In this document: piece by piece, positions 4,883-5,161 of the stretch
Position numbering within the stretch: position 1 is the first letter of the stretch
Layout of the letters: each line of letters begins with the position of its first letter
Assembly (NCBI RefSeq): GCF_000621645.1
Contig: NZ_KK211326.1
Span: 1,807-6,967 of the forward strand
Direction of reading: 5' to 3'
DNA: 5,161 bases
From: Vibrio cholerae ATCC 14035
Lineage (GTDB): Bacteria; Pseudomonadota; Gammaproteobacteria; Enterobacterales; Vibrionaceae
Position numbers and translations under genes: made by a program
The notes under the pieces: generated by a model
Told to the model about the DNA's origin: nothing
What the model saw: only the letters and a program-made list of their open reading frames with translations
Databases searched by the model: none

Positions 4883-5008
4883 ACCTAACAAACTGCTTAA
4901 GAGGGATTCGCAATGCGTGGCATTTTCAGCATGCGGTGGGTTTTGTGATTAAGGCGGCGTGCGGTAGCTTTAGCAGTGCATTGCTCACCCCTTAGCAGGG
5001 CGTTAGGT
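4883..5008 (+). repeat. attC site no. 9, strongly divergent from VCR consensus
   Basis: Inverse core ACCTAAC (4883-4889) and core GTTAGGT (5002-5008). The arms are changed in a compensatory way (CTGCT..AGCAG; GCAATGC..GCATTGC) and the central part is unrelated to VCR. Confidence 0.9.
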
Positions 5009-5021
5009 ATTTGGAGACATC

Positions 5022-5161
5022 ATGAGAGCTATCTTTTTGATTCTTTGCTCTGTTTTATTGAATGGTTGCTTGGGCATGCCCGAATCAGTAAAACCAGTGT
5101 CGGATTTTGAACTGAACAACTATTTAGGCAAATGGTACGAGGTTGCTCGACTCGATCACTC
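5022..5161 (+). CDS. blc: Bacterial lipocalin (Blc-type outer-membrane lipoprotein), 5' partial, continues beyond the window
   Basis: This ORF is absent from the supplied track because it has no stop in the window. GGAG (5013-5016) lies 5 nt before ATG 5022. Translation is MRAIFLILCSVLLNGCLGMPESVKPVSDFELNNYLGKWYEVARLDH.., giving a signal peptide with a lipobox-like LLNGC and the lipocalin SCR1 motif (compare E. coli Blc ..FDAKRYLGTWYEIARFDH..). Confidence 0.85.
   Translation, partial: MRAIFLILCSVLLNGCLGMPESVKPVSDFELNNYLGKWYEVARLDH

Larger units (their letters stand above)
1..5161 (+). mobile_element. Chromosomal integron (superintegron) gene-cassette array, VCR-type attC sites; 8 complete and 2 partial cassettes, all co-oriented
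   Basis: Nine co-oriented ~126-129 bp repeats, each beginning ..TAACAAACGCCTCAAGAGGGACTGTCAACGCG.. and ending ..GCGTTGCCAGCCCCTTAGGCGGGCGTTA... Each separates a single short + strand ORF from the next. Repeat sequence and spacing match the Vibrio cholerae repeat (VCR) class of attC. Cassette limits, taking the cut between G and TT of GTTRRRY: 183-635, 636-1165, 1166-1617, 1618-2384, 2385-3549, 3550-4084, 4085-4544, 4545-5002, 5003->5161. Confidence 0.95.

Noticed and set aside
4085-5002. Possibility that the two adjacent small proteins (cassettes 4085-4544 and 4545-5002) form a toxin-antitoxin pair, as is common in Vibrio superintegrons.
   Set aside because: They sit in separate cassettes, each with its own attC and boundary signature. 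Integron TA systems are encoded as two genes within one cassette. Neither sequence resembles the RelE/ParE/HigB/Phd/Doc-type families I know, and the second matches DUF2805 instead.
61-5008. The regularly recurring repeats could be read as a CRISPR array or as REP/MITE elements.
   Set aside because: At ~126-129 bp the repeats are far longer than CRISPR repeats. The 'spacers' are 300-1040 bp, variable in length and protein-coding. The repeats carry RYYYAAC/GTTRRRY boxes and the VCR sequence, which identifies them as attC sites.
1-5161. Searched for the integrase (intI), attI or Pc promoter, and for tRNA/rRNA genes.
   Set aside because: No ORF of integrase size or tyrosine-recombinase motif is present. 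There is no attI-like junction and no tRNA- or rRNA-like sequence. The window lies entirely within the array interior.

Overview
The whole window is part of a sedentary chromosomal integron (superintegron) cassette array of the Vibrio cholerae type. Nine copies of a ~126-129 bp imperfect-palindrome repeat are present, all in the same orientation. Each runs from an inverse core RYYYAAC (..TAACAAAC..) to a core GTTRRRY (..GGGCGTTAKNN). This is the VCR class of attC recombination site. The repeats delimit eight complete cassettes of 452-1165 bp plus partial cassettes at both edges. No intI, attI or Pc promoter is in the window; they should lie upstream (left), because every ORF is on the + strand followed by its own attC.

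Cassette contents, left to right:
- tail of an upstream ORF
- Dabb (stress-responsive alpha/beta-barrel) protein
- small 2-TM membrane protein
- an ORF-less cassette
- 208-aa N-terminally membrane-anchored orphan protein (TTG start)
- 345-aa protein with an N-terminal PD-(D/E)xK-like (DUF4365-type) nuclease core and an unassigned C-terminal half
- VOC/glyoxalase-fold protein
- ~90-100-aa orphan protein
- TIGR03643/DUF2805-like small basic protein
- 5' end of a Blc-type lipocalin lipoprotein

Several track ORFs are artefacts. They are either translations of the repeat itself or antisense shadows of real genes.

The best candidates for something undescribed are the single-gene nuclease-fusion cassette (2385-3549), the membrane-anchored orphan cassette (1618-2384) and the ORF-less cassette (1166-1617). 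The first two fit the idea that chromosomal integron cassettes store compact anti-phage or abortive-infection functions. All family assignments come from my recognition of sequence signatures; no database search was possible.
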